From: an uncultured Methylobacterium sp.
Lineage (GTDB): Bacteria; Pseudomonadota; Alphaproteobacteria; Rhizobiales; Beijerinckiaceae
Length of the DNA: 33,927 bases
Direction of reading: 5' to 3'
Assembly (NCBI GenBank): GCA_964526275.1
Contig: CAZGKS010000001.1
Coordinates: 800 to 34,726 of the forward strand
Positions within the stretch are counted from its first letter, which is position 1. Every line of letters starts with the position of its first letter. The notes below the pieces were generated by a model. The model saw only the letters and a list, made by a program, of their open reading frames with translations. It did no database searches and was not told where the DNA came from. The position numbers and the translations under genes are program-made. Positions 1-10,021 of the stretch are shown here, one piece after another.

Positions 1-637
1 CATCGTCGAGATTGACGATCCCGATATCGACATTGCGCTGCTTGAAGATGCGGTTATCGGTCAGCAAGCCTTCAAGATCGTCACAGACCTTGAGGAAGGG
101 ATCGCAGAACGCCTCGATATCGTTCAGCAAATCTTCGGGTAGATCCTGATGCACCCCGCCGGGGCGGACATAGGCGGCATGCATGCGCGCCCCGCACGCG
201 CGCTCATAAAAAATCATCAGCTTTTCGCGCTCTTCAAACCCCCAAAGCGGCGGGGTGAGCGCGCCGACATCCATCGCCTGCGTGGTGACATTGAGCAGAT
301 GCGACAAAATACGCCCGATTTCTGAATAAAGCACGCGGATAAGCTGGCCGCGCATGGGCACGCTAAGACCCAGCAAGCGCTCCACCGCCAGCGCAAAAGC
401 GTGCTCCTGGTTCATGGGCGCGACATAATCAAGCCGGTCGAAATACGGTACCGCCTGCAAATAGGTCTTGTGCTCGATCAGCTTTTCGGTGCCCCGATGC
501 AGCAAGCCGATATGCGGATCGGTGCGGGTGACAATTTCGCCGTCGAGCTCCAGCACGAGGCGCAAAACGCCATGCGCCGCCGGATGCTGCGGGCCGAAAT
601 TGATGGTGAAGTTGCGTGTTTCAGGTTGTCCGGTCAT
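1..637 (-). CDS. nuoD: NADH-quinone oxidoreductase subunit D (5' part, runs off the window)
   Basis: Read manually from the ATG at 637: [34 protein letters not shown], the NuoD N-terminal signature. Missing from the ORF track because it has no stop inside the window. Confidence 0.97.
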   Translation of the reverse strand, partial: MTGQPETRNFTINFGPQHPAAHGVLRLVLELDGEIVTRTDPHIGLLHRGTEKLIEHKTYLQAVPYFDRLDYVAPMNQEHAFALAVERLLGLSVPMRGQLIRVLYSEIGRILSHLLNVTTQAMDVGALTPPLWGFEEREKLMIFYERACGARMHAAYVRPGGVHQDLPEDLLNDIEAFCDPFLKVCDDLEGLLTDNRIFKQRNVDIGIVNLDD

Positions 638-650
638 GTCACCACCACGA

Positions 651-1196
651 TCAAATCTTGATACCCACGCCCTTGGCGCGCAGTTTTGCCTGCGCAGCGG
701 CAAGGCCGGCTGGGATAAACGTCTTTTCCATAAACTCCATGATCTGCGGCATACGCGCCATGAGCTGGGGAAATTTTGCCGTCACGCTCTTGCCGATCGG
801 CGTTGAATAGAACGCGTCCAGCGCAATGATTTCCTCTGGCGTCAGAACTTCGAGCATATTCAGAATCGCAAACTTCTCCAACAAGGGCGCAGACTCAACC
901 AAAGCCACGCGGAAAAATTCTTCAAAGAAGATATCAAGATCGGCTTCCTTGAGTCTCGGATTTTTGGAACGCATTTGCTGCACAAGACCCCGCCGCATCG
1001 AATCGGACATGCTTTTTAATTGCGTGCTCGTGTCGAAACTCTTGGCATAGGACCGCGCAGCTGCAACGGCGGTGGGTTCGTACCTGTTCAGTCGTTTATC
1101 AAAACGGGCATCGACCTCTTTCATTGTATCTTGCGCCAACACCGGCGTGTTGGCGACAAAAACGGCAACGAAGCATGAAAGGAAAAACCGGAGCAT
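651..1196 (-). CDS. Exported DUF2059-like hypothetical protein inserted between nuoC and nuoD
   Basis: Sec-type signal peptide ([22 protein letters not shown]). The C-terminal '[29 protein letters not shown]' resembles the DUF2059 motif. ATG lies 3 nt after the nuoC stop. Confidence 0.75.
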   Translation of the reverse strand: MLRFFLSCFVAVFVANTPVLAQDTMKEVDARFDKRLNRYEPTAVAAARSYAKSFDTSTQLKSMSDSMRRGLVQQMRSKNPRLKEADLDIFFEEFFRVALVESAPLLEKFAILNMLEVLTPEEIIALDAFYSTPIGKSVTAKFPQLMARMPQIMEFMEKTFIPAGLAAAQAKLRAKGVGIKI

Positions 1197-1199
1197 CAA

Positions 1200-1805
1200 T
1201 CAGTTCCCCCTCGCCTTCTCATCGCCCGGCAGCACATATTCGCTGCCCTCCCATGGCGAGAGGAAATCGAAATTGCGGAATTCCTGATTGAGTTTCACGG
1301 GCTCATAGACCACGCGCTTTTGCGCATCGTCATAGCGCACCTCGACAAAGCCGGAGAGCGGAAAATCCTTGCGCAGGGGATGGCCTTCAAAGCCGTAATC
1401 GGTCAACAAGCGGCGCAGATCGGGGTGGTCTGTGAAGGGCACGCCATACATATCATAGGCTTCACGCTCAAACCAGTTCGCGCCGGGAAACAGGCCGGTG
1501 ATCGAGGGCACGCTCTCGCCCTCGCCAACAGCAACACTGACCCTTATGCGGCGCACATATTTGGGGGAGAGGAAATGATAGACAATCTCGAACCGCTTGT
1601 CGCGCCCCGGATAATCCACCCCGCAAATATCGGTGAGGTTGATGAAAGCGCAATCGCTCTCGCCATGCAGATAGGTCACCACCGCGACAATCTCTGCGGC
1701 GGCGGCCTCCAAGGTCAATTCGCCATAAGCCACGCGCATCCCGGTAACCTTGCCCGGTAACGCGGCCATGATTTTTTCGCCCAGAGCCTTCAGCGTCGCG
1801 TTCAT
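1200..1805 (-). CDS. nuoC: NADH-quinone oxidoreductase subunit C
   Basis: Motifs [13 protein letters not shown] and [26 protein letters not shown]; operon position. Confidence 0.97.
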   Translation of the reverse strand: MNATLKALGEKIMAALPGKVTGMRVAYGELTLEAAAAEIVAVVTYLHGESDCAFINLTDICGVDYPGRDKRFEIVYHFLSPKYVRRIRVSVAVGEGESVPSITGLFPGANWFEREAYDMYGVPFTDHPDLRRLLTDYGFEGHPLRKDFPLSGFVEVRYDDAQKRVVYEPVKLNQEFRNFDFLSPWEGSEYVLPGDEKARGN

Positions 1806-1912
1806 TGGTCTGCTTTCCGCGTGTTCATGTGTCTCAACCGCCTCATTCAGGCTTTGAATGCCGAAAAGTACCTGTTAAGGGCCTGTTCGGAAGAATGTTT
1901 CCGGCGCTGGCC

Positions 1913-2536
1913 TTACCGTTCGATCGTGCCGGTGCGGCGAATTTTTTTCTGCAGCAGCAGCACGCCATACAGCAAGGCTTCGGCGGTTGGCGGGCAGCCG
2001 GGCACGTAAATATCGACCGGCACCACGCGGTCACAGCCGCGCACGACCGAATAGGAATAATGGTAATAACCGCCGCCATTGGCGCAGGAGCCCATGGAAA
2101 TGACATAACGCGGCTCGGGCATCTGGTCATAGACCTTGCGCAAGGCAGGCGCCATCTTGTTGGTGAGCGTGCCCGCGACAATCATGACATCCGATTGGCG
2201 AGGCGAACCGCGCGGGGCAAAGCCGAAGCGCTCGACATCATAGCGCGGCATGGAAAGCTGCATCATTTCAACCGCGCAACACGCCAGCCCGAAGGTCATC
2301 CACATGAGCGACCCGGTGCGCGCCCAATTGATCAGATCATCGGTTGCGGTAACCAAAAACCCTTTATCGGCGAGTTCATCGTTGATTTCGCTGAAATAAG
2401 GATCGTTCGCGCCAACCGGCTTGCCGGTAGCGGGGTCGAGAATGCCGCGCGGGGCGGGCGCAACCAAGGTCTGCATCGCAGCAGGGGGCGAAATCGCGGA
2501 TGTAAGGGGCGCGGTTGTCAGGGTCGCGGTTGTCAT
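1913..2536 (-). CDS. nuoB: NADH-quinone oxidoreductase subunit B
   Basis: N2-cluster motifs [20 protein letters not shown] and [11 protein letters not shown]. Confidence 0.97.
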   Translation of the reverse strand: MTTATLTTAPLTSAISPPAAMQTLVAPAPRGILDPATGKPVGANDPYFSEINDELADKGFLVTATDDLINWARTGSLMWMTFGLACCAVEMMQLSMPRYDVERFGFAPRGSPRQSDVMIVAGTLTNKMAPALRKVYDQMPEPRYVISMGSCANGGGYYHYSYSVVRGCDRVVPVDIYVPGCPPTAEALLYGVLLLQKKIRRTGTIER

Positions 2537-2539
2537 GGC

Positions 2540-2905
2540 TCAATCCCATTCCAGGGCGCCTTTGCGCCATTCATAGATAAACCCGATGGTCAGAACCCCG
2601 AGAAAGACCATCATGGACCAGAACCCGAAGGGGCCGATCTCCCGCAGGGCCACCGCCCACGGAAACAGGAAAGCGACCTCCAGATCGAAAATGATAAAGA
2701 GGATGGCCACCAGATAAAACCGCACATCGAACTTCATCCGCGCGTCATCGAAGGCGTTGAAGCCGCATTCATAGGCGGAAAGCTTTTCCGGATCCGGGTT
2801 TTTATAGGCCAGCGCAAAGGGCGCGATCATCAGCGCAAGGCCGATAACCAGACTGAGCCCGATGAACAGGGCGAGCGGCAAGTAATCAAGGAGCAAGCTA
2901 TTCAT
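2540..2905 (-). CDS. nuoA: NADH-quinone oxidoreductase subunit A
   Basis: [30 protein letters not shown] and the C-terminus KGALEWD. The ATG at 2905 gives 121 aa. Confidence 0.96.
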   Translation of the reverse strand: MNSLLLDYLPLALFIGLSLVIGLALMIAPFALAYKNPDPEKLSAYECGFNAFDDARMKFDVRFYLVAILFIIFDLEVAFLFPWAVALREIGPFGFWSMMVFLGVLTIGFIYEWRKGALEWD

Positions 2906-3129
2906 GGGACCCCGATTAAAGGAGGCGCGAACGCGGCGCAAGCGCCCAAATGCACGATGCGCCGATTTTAGCGCCTTCTTCGACCTTTTGGCGAGAGAAA
3001 AATTGCGCCGCAAATCCCGCTCATCCGCAAGCCCTGCCCCGACACCGCGCTCGGCAGCGGGCTATAGGCACCGTTATGCGCCGTTTTCTGGCACAGCAGA
3101 AGCGCATAAGCGCTGCAAGCCGCCAAAGA

Positions 3130-3177
3130 CTTGGGTGAATAGAGGCTTGGGTGAATAGAGGCTTGGGTGAATAGAGG
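3130..3177. repeat. Perfect tandem repeat, 3 x 16 bp (CTTGGGTGAATAGAGG)
   Basis: Three identical units at 3130, 3146 and 3162, between tRNA-Asp and nuoA. Confidence 0.95.
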
Positions 3178-3250
3178 GTTAGTAAAGCCTTGGCAGAACC
3201 GCACACAATATAGGGAAGGCAGCCGGTATAGCGGGAGGGCAGCAGATAAA

Positions 3251-3327
3251 TGGCGCGGGCGACGGGGCTCGAACCCGCGACCTCCGGCGTGACAGGCCGG
3301 CACTCTAACCGACTGAGCTACGCCCGC
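3251..3327 (-). tRNA. tRNA-Asp (anticodon GTC), 77 nt, CCA encoded
   Basis: Reverse complement is GCGGGCGTAGCTCAGTCGGTTAGAGTGCCGGCCTGTCACGCCGGAGGTCGCGGGTTCGAGCCCCGTCGCCCGCGCCA: canonical cloverleaf with a GGTTCGA T-loop. Confidence 0.98.
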
Positions 3328-3360
3328 AACCCTGCGCCGCCAAAGCAGCGCGTGGCGGCA

Positions 3361-3390
3361 CGGTTACGCGATGGAGGGCGCGCGTGTCAA
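3361..3390 (-). promoter_or_regulatory. Probable sigma70 promoter of tRNA-Asp
   Basis: Perfect -35 TTGACA (tgtcaa at 3385-3390) with a weak TAACCG-like -10, about 35 nt upstream of the tRNA. Confidence 0.5.
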
Positions 3391-3477
3391 CCCCTCCTCC
3401 ACCTTTGTCGACGTTTTGGGTGCTTTTCTCCGCGCGATGCGTGTCATCATGGTTAAGAACGCGTTATGCACGCCCGG

Positions 3478-4071
3478 TCAGCGCACCACGCCTTCGGCTT
3501 TGAGCAGCAAGGTTGTCTCATATAAGGGCAGCCCGACAACGGCGCTGTAAGAGCCGCTTATATGCGCAATATAGGCTGAAAAAAGGCCTTGAATCGCGTA
3601 TCCGCCTGCTTTTCCGTGCCATTCCAGACTATCCAGATAAAGGCGTTTTTCCTCCAGGCTCAAGCGCTTGACCTTCACCCGCGTTTCGGATCGCTTGAGC
3701 CGCACCTTGCCAGAGGCGCCGATCACCACAACGGCCGTATGAACCCGGTGCGCACGCCCGCCAAGCAGCTCCAGGCACGTTTCCGCCTGTTCAACTGATT
3801 CGGCCTTGGGCAAAATCCGCTGCCCGACAGCAACAACCGTATCAGCGGCCAGAATCACGGCTTGCTCCGGTTGCGGCACGAGCAGCGCGCGCGCCGCATG
3901 GGCCTTCTCGCGCGCCATGCGTTCAGCATAGCGTGCGGGGGCCTCCCGCTTGCCGGGGGTTTCATCGATATGCGGCGCAAGAAGGCGCACCGGAACCACC
4001 CCTATTTGTGCCAGCAGGTCCAGCCGACGAGGCGAAGCGGAAGCCAGAATGAGGTCGGGGAAGCGATGCAT
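3478..4071 (-). CDS. maf: Maf/YhdE-type nucleoside triphosphate pyrophosphatase
   Basis: LILASASPRR, ILAADTVV, GKAGGYAIQG and SAVVGLPL motifs. Confidence 0.93.
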   Translation of the reverse strand: MHRFPDLILASASPRRLDLLAQIGVVPVRLLAPHIDETPGKREAPARYAERMAREKAHAARALLVPQPEQAVILAADTVVAVGQRILPKAESVEQAETCLELLGGRAHRVHTAVVVIGASGKVRLKRSETRVKVKRLSLEEKRLYLDSLEWHGKAGGYAIQGLFSAYIAHISGSYSAVVGLPLYETTLLLKAEGVVR

Positions 4072-4307
4072 CAAATTTTCCTGCCCTGTTTTGTGTCATA
4101 CCCTGCCATAATGCTTGCAACGTCTGCCTAGTTTGCGCAAGATAGCGAAAAAGGGATAAAGATGCAGGATACAGAGGCGGGCTAAAGGTAAATGGTGCAA
4201 AATATCGACCTTTGCCAAACTCTGAATACAAACGTACGAAGACACCAAATACTTATAAATCACTTGGGGCAAAACCCCTGATACAAAATCCTTGGGAGGA
4301 AAAAACC

Positions 4308-5333
4308 ATGTCCACTATATCTCGTTTGCACCCATCCATACCGGCGGCGTTGGCGGCAAAAACCGCCTCCCGGCGTGCTTTCTTGCAGGCCGTTCTGGCA
4401 GGCTCCGCACTGGTGAGCCTTGGCAGCGCGGCTTTGGCGCAGGCGCTGTCCAGCTTGCAGATTTTTGTCCCCGCAGCGCCCGGCGGCGGCTGGGATTCCA
4501 CCGCCCGTGCCATTGAGGCCGTGATGCGGGCCGAGAAAATTCTCGAAACTTTTCAGGTCGAGCACGCCCCCGGCGCGGGCGGCGTGGTCGGCATGCCCAA
4601 ATTTATCGGCACCAAAAAGGGCCAGAACAACGCGGTCATGGTCGGCGGCATGGTGATGGTGGGGGCGATTATCGCCAACAAGGCCCCCCTTAAAATGACC
4701 GATCTCACCCCCATTGCGCGCCTGACCGGCGAATTCGAGGTGATTGTGGTGCCGGCCGAAAGCCCGTTCAAGACCCTCACAGATCTGATCACCGCCTTCA
4801 AGGCGGATCCGGGTAAAATCTCCTGGGCGGGTGGTTCTGCGGGCGGCACAGACCATATTTTAGCGGGCATGATCGCCAAGGATGTCGGGGTGGACCCCAA
4901 AAAGGTCGCTTATGTCGCTTATTCTGGCGGTGGACCGGCTGTTGCGGCCATTCTGGGCAATCAGGTCAGTTGCGGCGTTTCCGGCTATGGCGAATTTGCC
5001 GAGCATATCAAGGCGGGCAAGATGCGCCTTCTGGCCATCTCCGCCGACAAGCGACAGGCGGGTATCGACGCCCCGACCTTGCGGGAGCAGGGCGTGAAGG
5101 TTGACCTGTTCAACTGGCGCGGCGTGTTTGGCCCGCCGGGTATGGCCAAAGCTGACCAACAAGCCTTGGTTGCCTTGTTCGACAAACTGAATGCCAGCGC
5201 AGGGTGGAAAGCTGAACTGACAAAACGGGACTGGACCGGCATTTACCTGAGCGGAGATGCCTTTGGCGGTTACATAACCAGCGAAGTTGACCGGATAACC
5301 AGCATTTTGAAAGATCTCGGCCTTGCCTCCTGA
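4308..5333 (+). CDS. tctC: Tripartite tricarboxylate transporter substrate-binding protein (TctC/Bug family) with Tat-type signal
   Basis: RBS GGAGGA at 4295-4300; twin-arginine SRRAFL; PAAPGGGWDSTAR, PGAGG and NWRGVFGPPG motifs. Confidence 0.92.
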   Translation: MSTISRLHPSIPAALAAKTASRRAFLQAVLAGSALVSLGSAALAQALSSLQIFVPAAPGGGWDSTARAIEAVMRAEKILETFQVEHAPGAGGVVGMPKFIGTKKGQNNAVMVGGMVMVGAIIANKAPLKMTDLTPIARLTGEFEVIVVPAESPFKTLTDLITAFKADPGKISWAGGSAGGTDHILAGMIAKDVGVDPKKVAYVAYSGGGPAVAAILGNQVSCGVSGYGEFAEHIKAGKMRLLAISADKRQAGIDAPTLREQGVKVDLFNWRGVFGPPGMAKADQQALVALFDKLNASAGWKAELTKRDWTGIYLSGDAFGGYITSEVDRITSILKDLGLAS

Positions 5334-5892
5334 TCCACACCGGGTTGACCCGGCGCCAATCGACATCACCCCACCGGAAGGCGAGGTTATCCGCCAAAAC
5401 CCTCCGGTGGCGTGGCGCGAGATTTTGCTCGGGCTGGCCATGCTTGCCTTCACCTTGCTGCTGGTGAAGGCAACGCAGATCATCCCCGTTTCCACCTATG
5501 CCAAAGTTGGCCCGGCCGTCTTCCCTTGGGCGATAACGATCGGGTTTGGGGTCACCGCGCTACTGGTCCTTGTGCAAGCATTGCGGGGGGGGTGGGTTGA
5601 GCCAGAAGCCTGCCAGACCAATTTCAAAGGCCTGGGGCTGATGTGCCTCGGGCTGGTGCTGAATTTGGTGCTCATTGCCGGCTTATCTTATGGCGACCGG
5701 GTTATCGTGCCCGCTTTCGGGTTCATTTTATCCTCCAGCGTGTTGTTTTTGTTCACCGCGCGCGCCTTTGGCTCGTTCCAGCCCATGCGCGATGCTTTGG
5801 TCGGCTTTATGCTGGCCTTGGGCGCCTATATCGCGTTCGACCGTCTTCTAGGGTACCGTATCGGCTCCGGCATCGTTGAAAGGTTCCTGTGA
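5323..5892 (+). CDS. tctB: Tripartite tricarboxylate transporter small membrane subunit (TctB); start uncertain
   Basis: Four to five hydrophobic segments and a VGPAVFP motif; lies between tctC and tctA with overlapping junctions. Confidence 0.85.
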   Translation: MPPDPHRVDPAPIDITPPEGEVIRQNPPVAWREILLGLAMLAFTLLLVKATQIIPVSTYAKVGPAVFPWAITIGFGVTALLVLVQALRGGWVEPEACQTNFKGLGLMCLGLVLNLVLIAGLSYGDRVIVPAFGFILSSSVLFLFTARAFGSFQPMRDALVGFMLALGAYIAFDRLLGYRIGSGIVERFL

Positions 5893-7379
5893 TGGAAACC
5901 CTCCAGCATCTTATGGGCGGGTTTTCGCTCGCGCTTACCCCCATCAACCTGCTGTGGTGTCTGGTGGGGGTGGCGGTTGGTACGGCGGTGGGGGTGCTCC
6001 CGGGCATCAGCCCATCGCTGACCATCGCCTTGCTGCTGCCGATGACCGCCAAGGTAGACCCTACCGCGACCTTCATTCTGTTTGCCGGTATCTATTACGG
6101 CGCGATGTATGGCGGCTCGACCACCTCCATTCTGGTCAATACACCCGGCGAGAGTTCCACCATCGTGACGGCCTTGGAAGGCAACAAGATGGCGCGGCGC
6201 GGGCGGGCGGGCGCGGCTTTGGCCACGGCGGCAATCGGCTCGTTCGTCGCCGGAACAATCGGCACGCTCGGCATCACGTTTTTGGCGCAACCTGTTGTCA
6301 ATTTTGCCCTGCGCTTTGGCCCTGCCGAATATTTCTCGCTCATGCTGGTCTGCTTTATCACGGTTTCTGCCGTTCTTGGCTCTTCGGCGGTGCGCGGCTT
6401 GGCCGCTTTGTTTTTCGGCATGTTTTTAGGTTCGATGGGGGTGGACAACCAATCGGGCCAATTGCGCTATACCTTTGGCCTGACCGAACTTTTTGACGGG
6501 GTGGGGGTAGTTACGGTCGCGGTTGGGCTGTTTGCGGTGGGCGAAACCTTGTGGCTTGCCGCCCAACCGCGCCATCGGGACGAGATTTTAGCCCTTACCG
6601 GCCCGGTTTTCATGACGCTGGACGATTGGCGGCGCTCGTGGAAAGCGTGGATTCGCGGTGCCTTGATCGGCTTTCCAATTGGCGCGCTCCCGGCGGGAGG
6701 GGCAGAAATTCCAACCTTCCTGTCCTATTCGATCGAGAAAAAACTCTCCAAACATCCCGAAGAATTCGGCCATGGCGCGATTGAAGGCGTTGCGGGGCCG
6801 GAAGCGGCCAACAACGCCGCCGCCGCCGGGGTGCTGGTGCCGATGCTGGCCTTGGGCCTGCCCACATCTGCCACGGCGGCGGTGATGCTCTCTGCCTTCC
6901 AGAGCTATGGCATTAACCCGGGGCCGCAATTGCTGCAATCCAACCCCGCTTTGGTATGGGCCTTGATTGCCTCGCTCTATATCGGCAATGTCATGTTGCT
7001 CGTCCTCAACCTGCCGCTGGTCGGGTTATGGGTAAAGATGCTGCGGATCCCGGCGCCGTTGCTTTATGGCGGTATCCTGATTTTTGCGACCTTGGGCACC
7101 TATGGGATTTCTCGTTCGGTTGTCGATCTGGGCATGCTGTATCTGATCGGGATTGTTGGGTTTTTCATGCGTAAATTTGATTTTCCCACCGCGCCCGTGA
7201 TCATTGGCATGATTTTGGGCCCGGTTGCAGAAATGAATTTCCGCCAGGCCCTGACCATCAGCCAGGGGAGTTTATCGATTTTCATCGAAAAACCGCTTTC
7301 GCTGTTTTTGCTGATCGTGGCGGCCTTGGCGCTGATAGCCCCTGCCCTCTTCCGGATTTACCAGAAAAAAGCTGCATGA
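5892..7379 (+). CDS. tctA: Tripartite tricarboxylate transporter permease (TctA)
   Basis: [25 protein letters not shown] and [11 protein letters not shown] signatures. Confidence 0.95.
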   Translation: METLQHLMGGFSLALTPINLLWCLVGVAVGTAVGVLPGISPSLTIALLLPMTAKVDPTATFILFAGIYYGAMYGGSTTSILVNTPGESSTIVTALEGNKMARRGRAGAALATAAIGSFVAGTIGTLGITFLAQPVVNFALRFGPAEYFSLMLVCFITVSAVLGSSAVRGLAALFFGMFLGSMGVDNQSGQLRYTFGLTELFDGVGVVTVAVGLFAVGETLWLAAQPRHRDEILALTGPVFMTLDDWRRSWKAWIRGALIGFPIGALPAGGAEIPTFLSYSIEKKLSKHPEEFGHGAIEGVAGPEAANNAAAAGVLVPMLALGLPTSATAAVMLSAFQSYGINPGPQLLQSNPALVWALIASLYIGNVMLLVLNLPLVGLWVKMLRIPAPLLYGGILIFATLGTYGISRSVVDLGMLYLIGIVGFFMRKFDFPTAPVIIGMILGPVAEMNFRQALTISQGSLSIFIEKPLSLFLLIVAALALIAPALFRIYQKKAA

Positions 7380-7476
7380 CCGTGCCGATTGTCGTGCTTG
7401 AATTTGTCTTGCCTGCAAGGGCTACCCTGCCCGCGTGCTGGGGGAGCTTGCTGGCCGTTGCGCGCGGTGTGCAGGC

Positions 7477-8331
7477 ATGAGCGCGGGGGTTTTTGCACTG
7501 GTGATCGCCTCCGCCTTGTGCCATGCGGGGTGGAATGCGCTGATCAAGCTCAAGATGGACCCTTTCTGGTCGATTGTGCTGATCAATGCCGCCAGTGGAT
7601 TGGTGGGGCTGATCGCCCTCCCCTTTACCGGTCTGCCTGGCCTCGATTCTGCGCCGTATCTTGCGCTCTCGCTGGTGCTGCATCTTGGCTATTATACAAC
7701 CCTGATCTTCTCGTATCGCCATGGCGATATGGGCGTTGTTTACCCCGTTGCGCGCGGCGCGGGTGCGCTGCTGATCGCCGGGGTGAGCGTGGTTGTGTTC
7801 GGGCAATCGCTGCCCTTGGGCGCCTTGATCGGGATAAGTGTGCTGGCTGGCGGAATTGTGCTGCTGGCCCAAAAGCGCAAGCCTTCCGAGCCGCAAAACG
7901 CCGAATCCTCCGGCCGGGCGGTGCTCTATGCGCTGGCTACCGCGCTGACAATTTGCGGCTATACGCTCTCCGATGGCGCAGGCGCGCGCGCCTCGGGCAA
8001 TGCCTTTGGCTATGCGGCGGCGTTGTTTGTGATCAATGTTGTGCCACTCACCCTGTTTGCGTTCTGGCGCCATGGTGTCGTAGGCTTTGCGGCCCTGCGG
8101 CCGCATTGGCGTAAAGGTCTGGCGGGCGGAGGCATGTCTTTTGCCTCTTATGCCATTGCGATTTACGCCATGAGTGTCGCGCCGATCCCGCTGGTTGCGG
8201 CCACGCGCGAAGTGAGCGTGCTGTTTGCCGCCTTGCTTGCGGTGTTCGTACTGCGTGAACCGCTGCGCCTCAACCGCATGCTGGGGGCTTTGCTGGTTGT
8301 CGCCGGGTTGATCACGATGCGTCTGGCGTAA
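7477..8331 (+). CDS. DMT/EamA family transporter
   Basis: About 10 transmembrane segments; SALCHAGWNALIK, VVYPVARG and VAATREVSVLFA motifs. Confidence 0.85.
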   Translation: MSAGVFALVIASALCHAGWNALIKLKMDPFWSIVLINAASGLVGLIALPFTGLPGLDSAPYLALSLVLHLGYYTTLIFSYRHGDMGVVYPVARGAGALLIAGVSVVVFGQSLPLGALIGISVLAGGIVLLAQKRKPSEPQNAESSGRAVLYALATALTICGYTLSDGAGARASGNAFGYAAALFVINVVPLTLFAFWRHGVVGFAALRPHWRKGLAGGGMSFASYAIAIYAMSVAPIPLVAATREVSVLFAALLAVFVLREPLRLNRMLGALLVVAGLITMRLA

Positions 8332-8352
8332 TACCAAAGGTCATTGGTATAA
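8329..8352. mobile_element. Collapsed 24-bp copy of a TAA-TACCAA...TTGGTA-TAA miniature element
   Basis: Sequence TAA TACCAA AGGTCA TTGGTA TAA. Same termini as the 20190-20318 element; the left TAA is the DMT stop codon. Confidence 0.55.
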
Positions 8353-8353
8353 A

Positions 8354-10021
8354 TTACCGCAACCGCCAGCGTTGCAGGCGACGAAACACGCCATATTCCA
8401 GCCCGATCTGCACGCCTTTGGCGGCCATGGCGGTCAAGACCAGACAGGTTGCCATGGCAGCGGCGGAAGCGGTTGCGCCCGCCTCATCCATATGGATAAT
8501 CGCCACCGATGCCAGCCGGGTTGAGGGGCCATAGAGAAAAATCACGGCCGAAAGCGTGGTGAGCGCATTCACGAACAAATAGGTCGCAACATCGAGAATA
8601 GCGGGCAAGGAGATCGGCGCGCTCACCCGCGTAAACAGCCGCCAGAACGGCACCTTCAGCGCCAAGGAAACCGATTCGAACTCGCGGTCGAGTTGCTTGA
8701 ACGCGGTGGTCGCCGCAATATGTGCCACGGTATAAAAATGGCCGATCGTGCTCACCACCAGCAATGGCATGCTCGCATAAAATATGGTCAACGGATTAGC
8801 CGGGTTATTGATGAAAAACACCGTGCCCAACCCGAAAACCAGCCCCGGCACCGCCATCGGTATCATGGCCAGAAAATGCGCGGCATTGCGCAACCACGAG
8901 AGAGCACGGATTTTCTCGATCAGATACGCGCCCGGCACAACAATCGCCGTGCCGATCAGCGCGACCAGAAGGGCCAGCCGGAGCGAGGTGAAATAGGGCT
9001 CCCACCCGCCAGGGTCAACCGCCGGAAAATCATAATGCCGCAGGGTCAGTTGCAGATTATACGGCCAATATTGAATAAACGACGCCCAGATCGCTACGCC
9101 TAGCATGCCCGCCAGCGCCAGCCCCATGGCAAGGCAAAACCCGAACAGCACGCTATCGCGCAAGGTATTGCGCGGCGGAAAATATGCCACCGCCCGTGCA
9201 GAGACCAAAGCCACCTGCCGGGCCTGAAAAAAGCGGTCGGCGGCAAAGGCCAGCACCGCAGGCACCAGCAAAATGAGCCCGACCACCGCCCCCATCTCGA
9301 AATTTTGCTGGCCGACAATCTGGCGATACGCATCGGTTGCCAGCACGCGGAACTGCCCGCCAATCACCTTGGCGATACCGAAATCGGTAATTACCAGCGT
9401 AAAGACGACAAAAAACGCGCTGACCAAACCATAGCGTATCCCCGGCAGGGTGATCGTGAAAAATCGCCGCAAGCGCGAAGCCCCCAGCGCCTCGGCTGCT
9501 TCATAAAGCCGCTGATCCGAAAGGCGCAAAGCGGCCAGCAACAACAGCACGGCATGCGGAAAAGTGGCGACAACCTGCGCTAAAATGATGCCATCGGCAC
9601 CGTAGATCGAAAATTCCTTGCTAAAAAAAGATCGCAACAACCCCTGATTGCCAAACAGATAGATGAGCGAAATGGCCGAAAGCAGGGAGGGCGCAAAAAG
9701 CGGCAGCAAGGCGAGCGCAAAAAACAGCGTTTTGAGCCATATCCGTGTGCGCGCCAAGGCATAGGCATAGGGCAAAGCCAAAGCGAGGGTCAAAAGGCTG
9801 GCGGTCAACGCAACAAACAGCGAATTATAGACCGGCACCAACAAGGCGGGCGTTGAAAAATAGGTCCGGAAATTGGCAAGCCCGACAAATTGCCCCTGTG
9901 CGTTCTCGAACGCCTTGGACAACAGCGCCCATAACGGCATGGCAACGCTTAAGATTAAAAACGCGGCAAGCGCCACCAGCAAGGCGGCCGCGACCCAGGC
10001 TTCCGGAATACGCCGCTTCAC
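8354..10021 (-). CDS. Putative 2-aminoethylphosphonate ABC transporter permease (PhnU2-type, duplicated permease domain)
   Basis: 555 aa with two permease repeats; EAA loop LYEAAEALGAS and TDFGIAKVIGGQFRVLATD; sits with the PhnS2/T2-type genes. Confidence 0.85.
   Translation of the reverse strand: MKRRIPEAWVAAALLVALAAFLILSVAMPLWALLSKAFENAQGQFVGLANFRTYFSTPALLVPVYNSLFVALTASLLTLALALPYAYALARTRIWLKTLFFALALLPLFAPSLLSAISLIYLFGNQGLLRSFFSKEFSIYGADGIILAQVVATFPHAVLLLLAALRLSDQRLYEAAEALGASRLRRFFTITLPGIRYGLVSAFFVVFTLVITDFGIAKVIGGQFRVLATDAYRQIVGQQNFEMGAVVGLILLVPAVLAFAADRFFQARQVALVSARAVAYFPPRNTLRDSVLFGFCLAMGLALAGMLGVAIWASFIQYWPYNLQLTLRHYDFPAVDPGGWEPYFTSLRLALLVALIGTAIVVPGAYLIEKIRALSWLRNAAHFLAMIPMAVPGLVFGLGTVFFINNPANPLTIFYASMPLLVVSTIGHFYTVAHIAATTAFKQLDREFESVSLALKVPFWRLFTRVSAPISLPAILDVATYLFVNALTTLSAVIFLYGPSTRLASVAIIHMDEAGATASAAAMATCLVLTAMAAKGVQIGLEYGVFRRLQRWRLR

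Noticed and set aside
3130-3177. CRISPR array
   Set aside because: Units are 16 bp and directly adjacent with no spacers; no cas genes.
3251-3327. Genomic island integrated at tRNA-Asp
   Set aside because: No integrase and no duplicated tRNA 3' end seen in the window.
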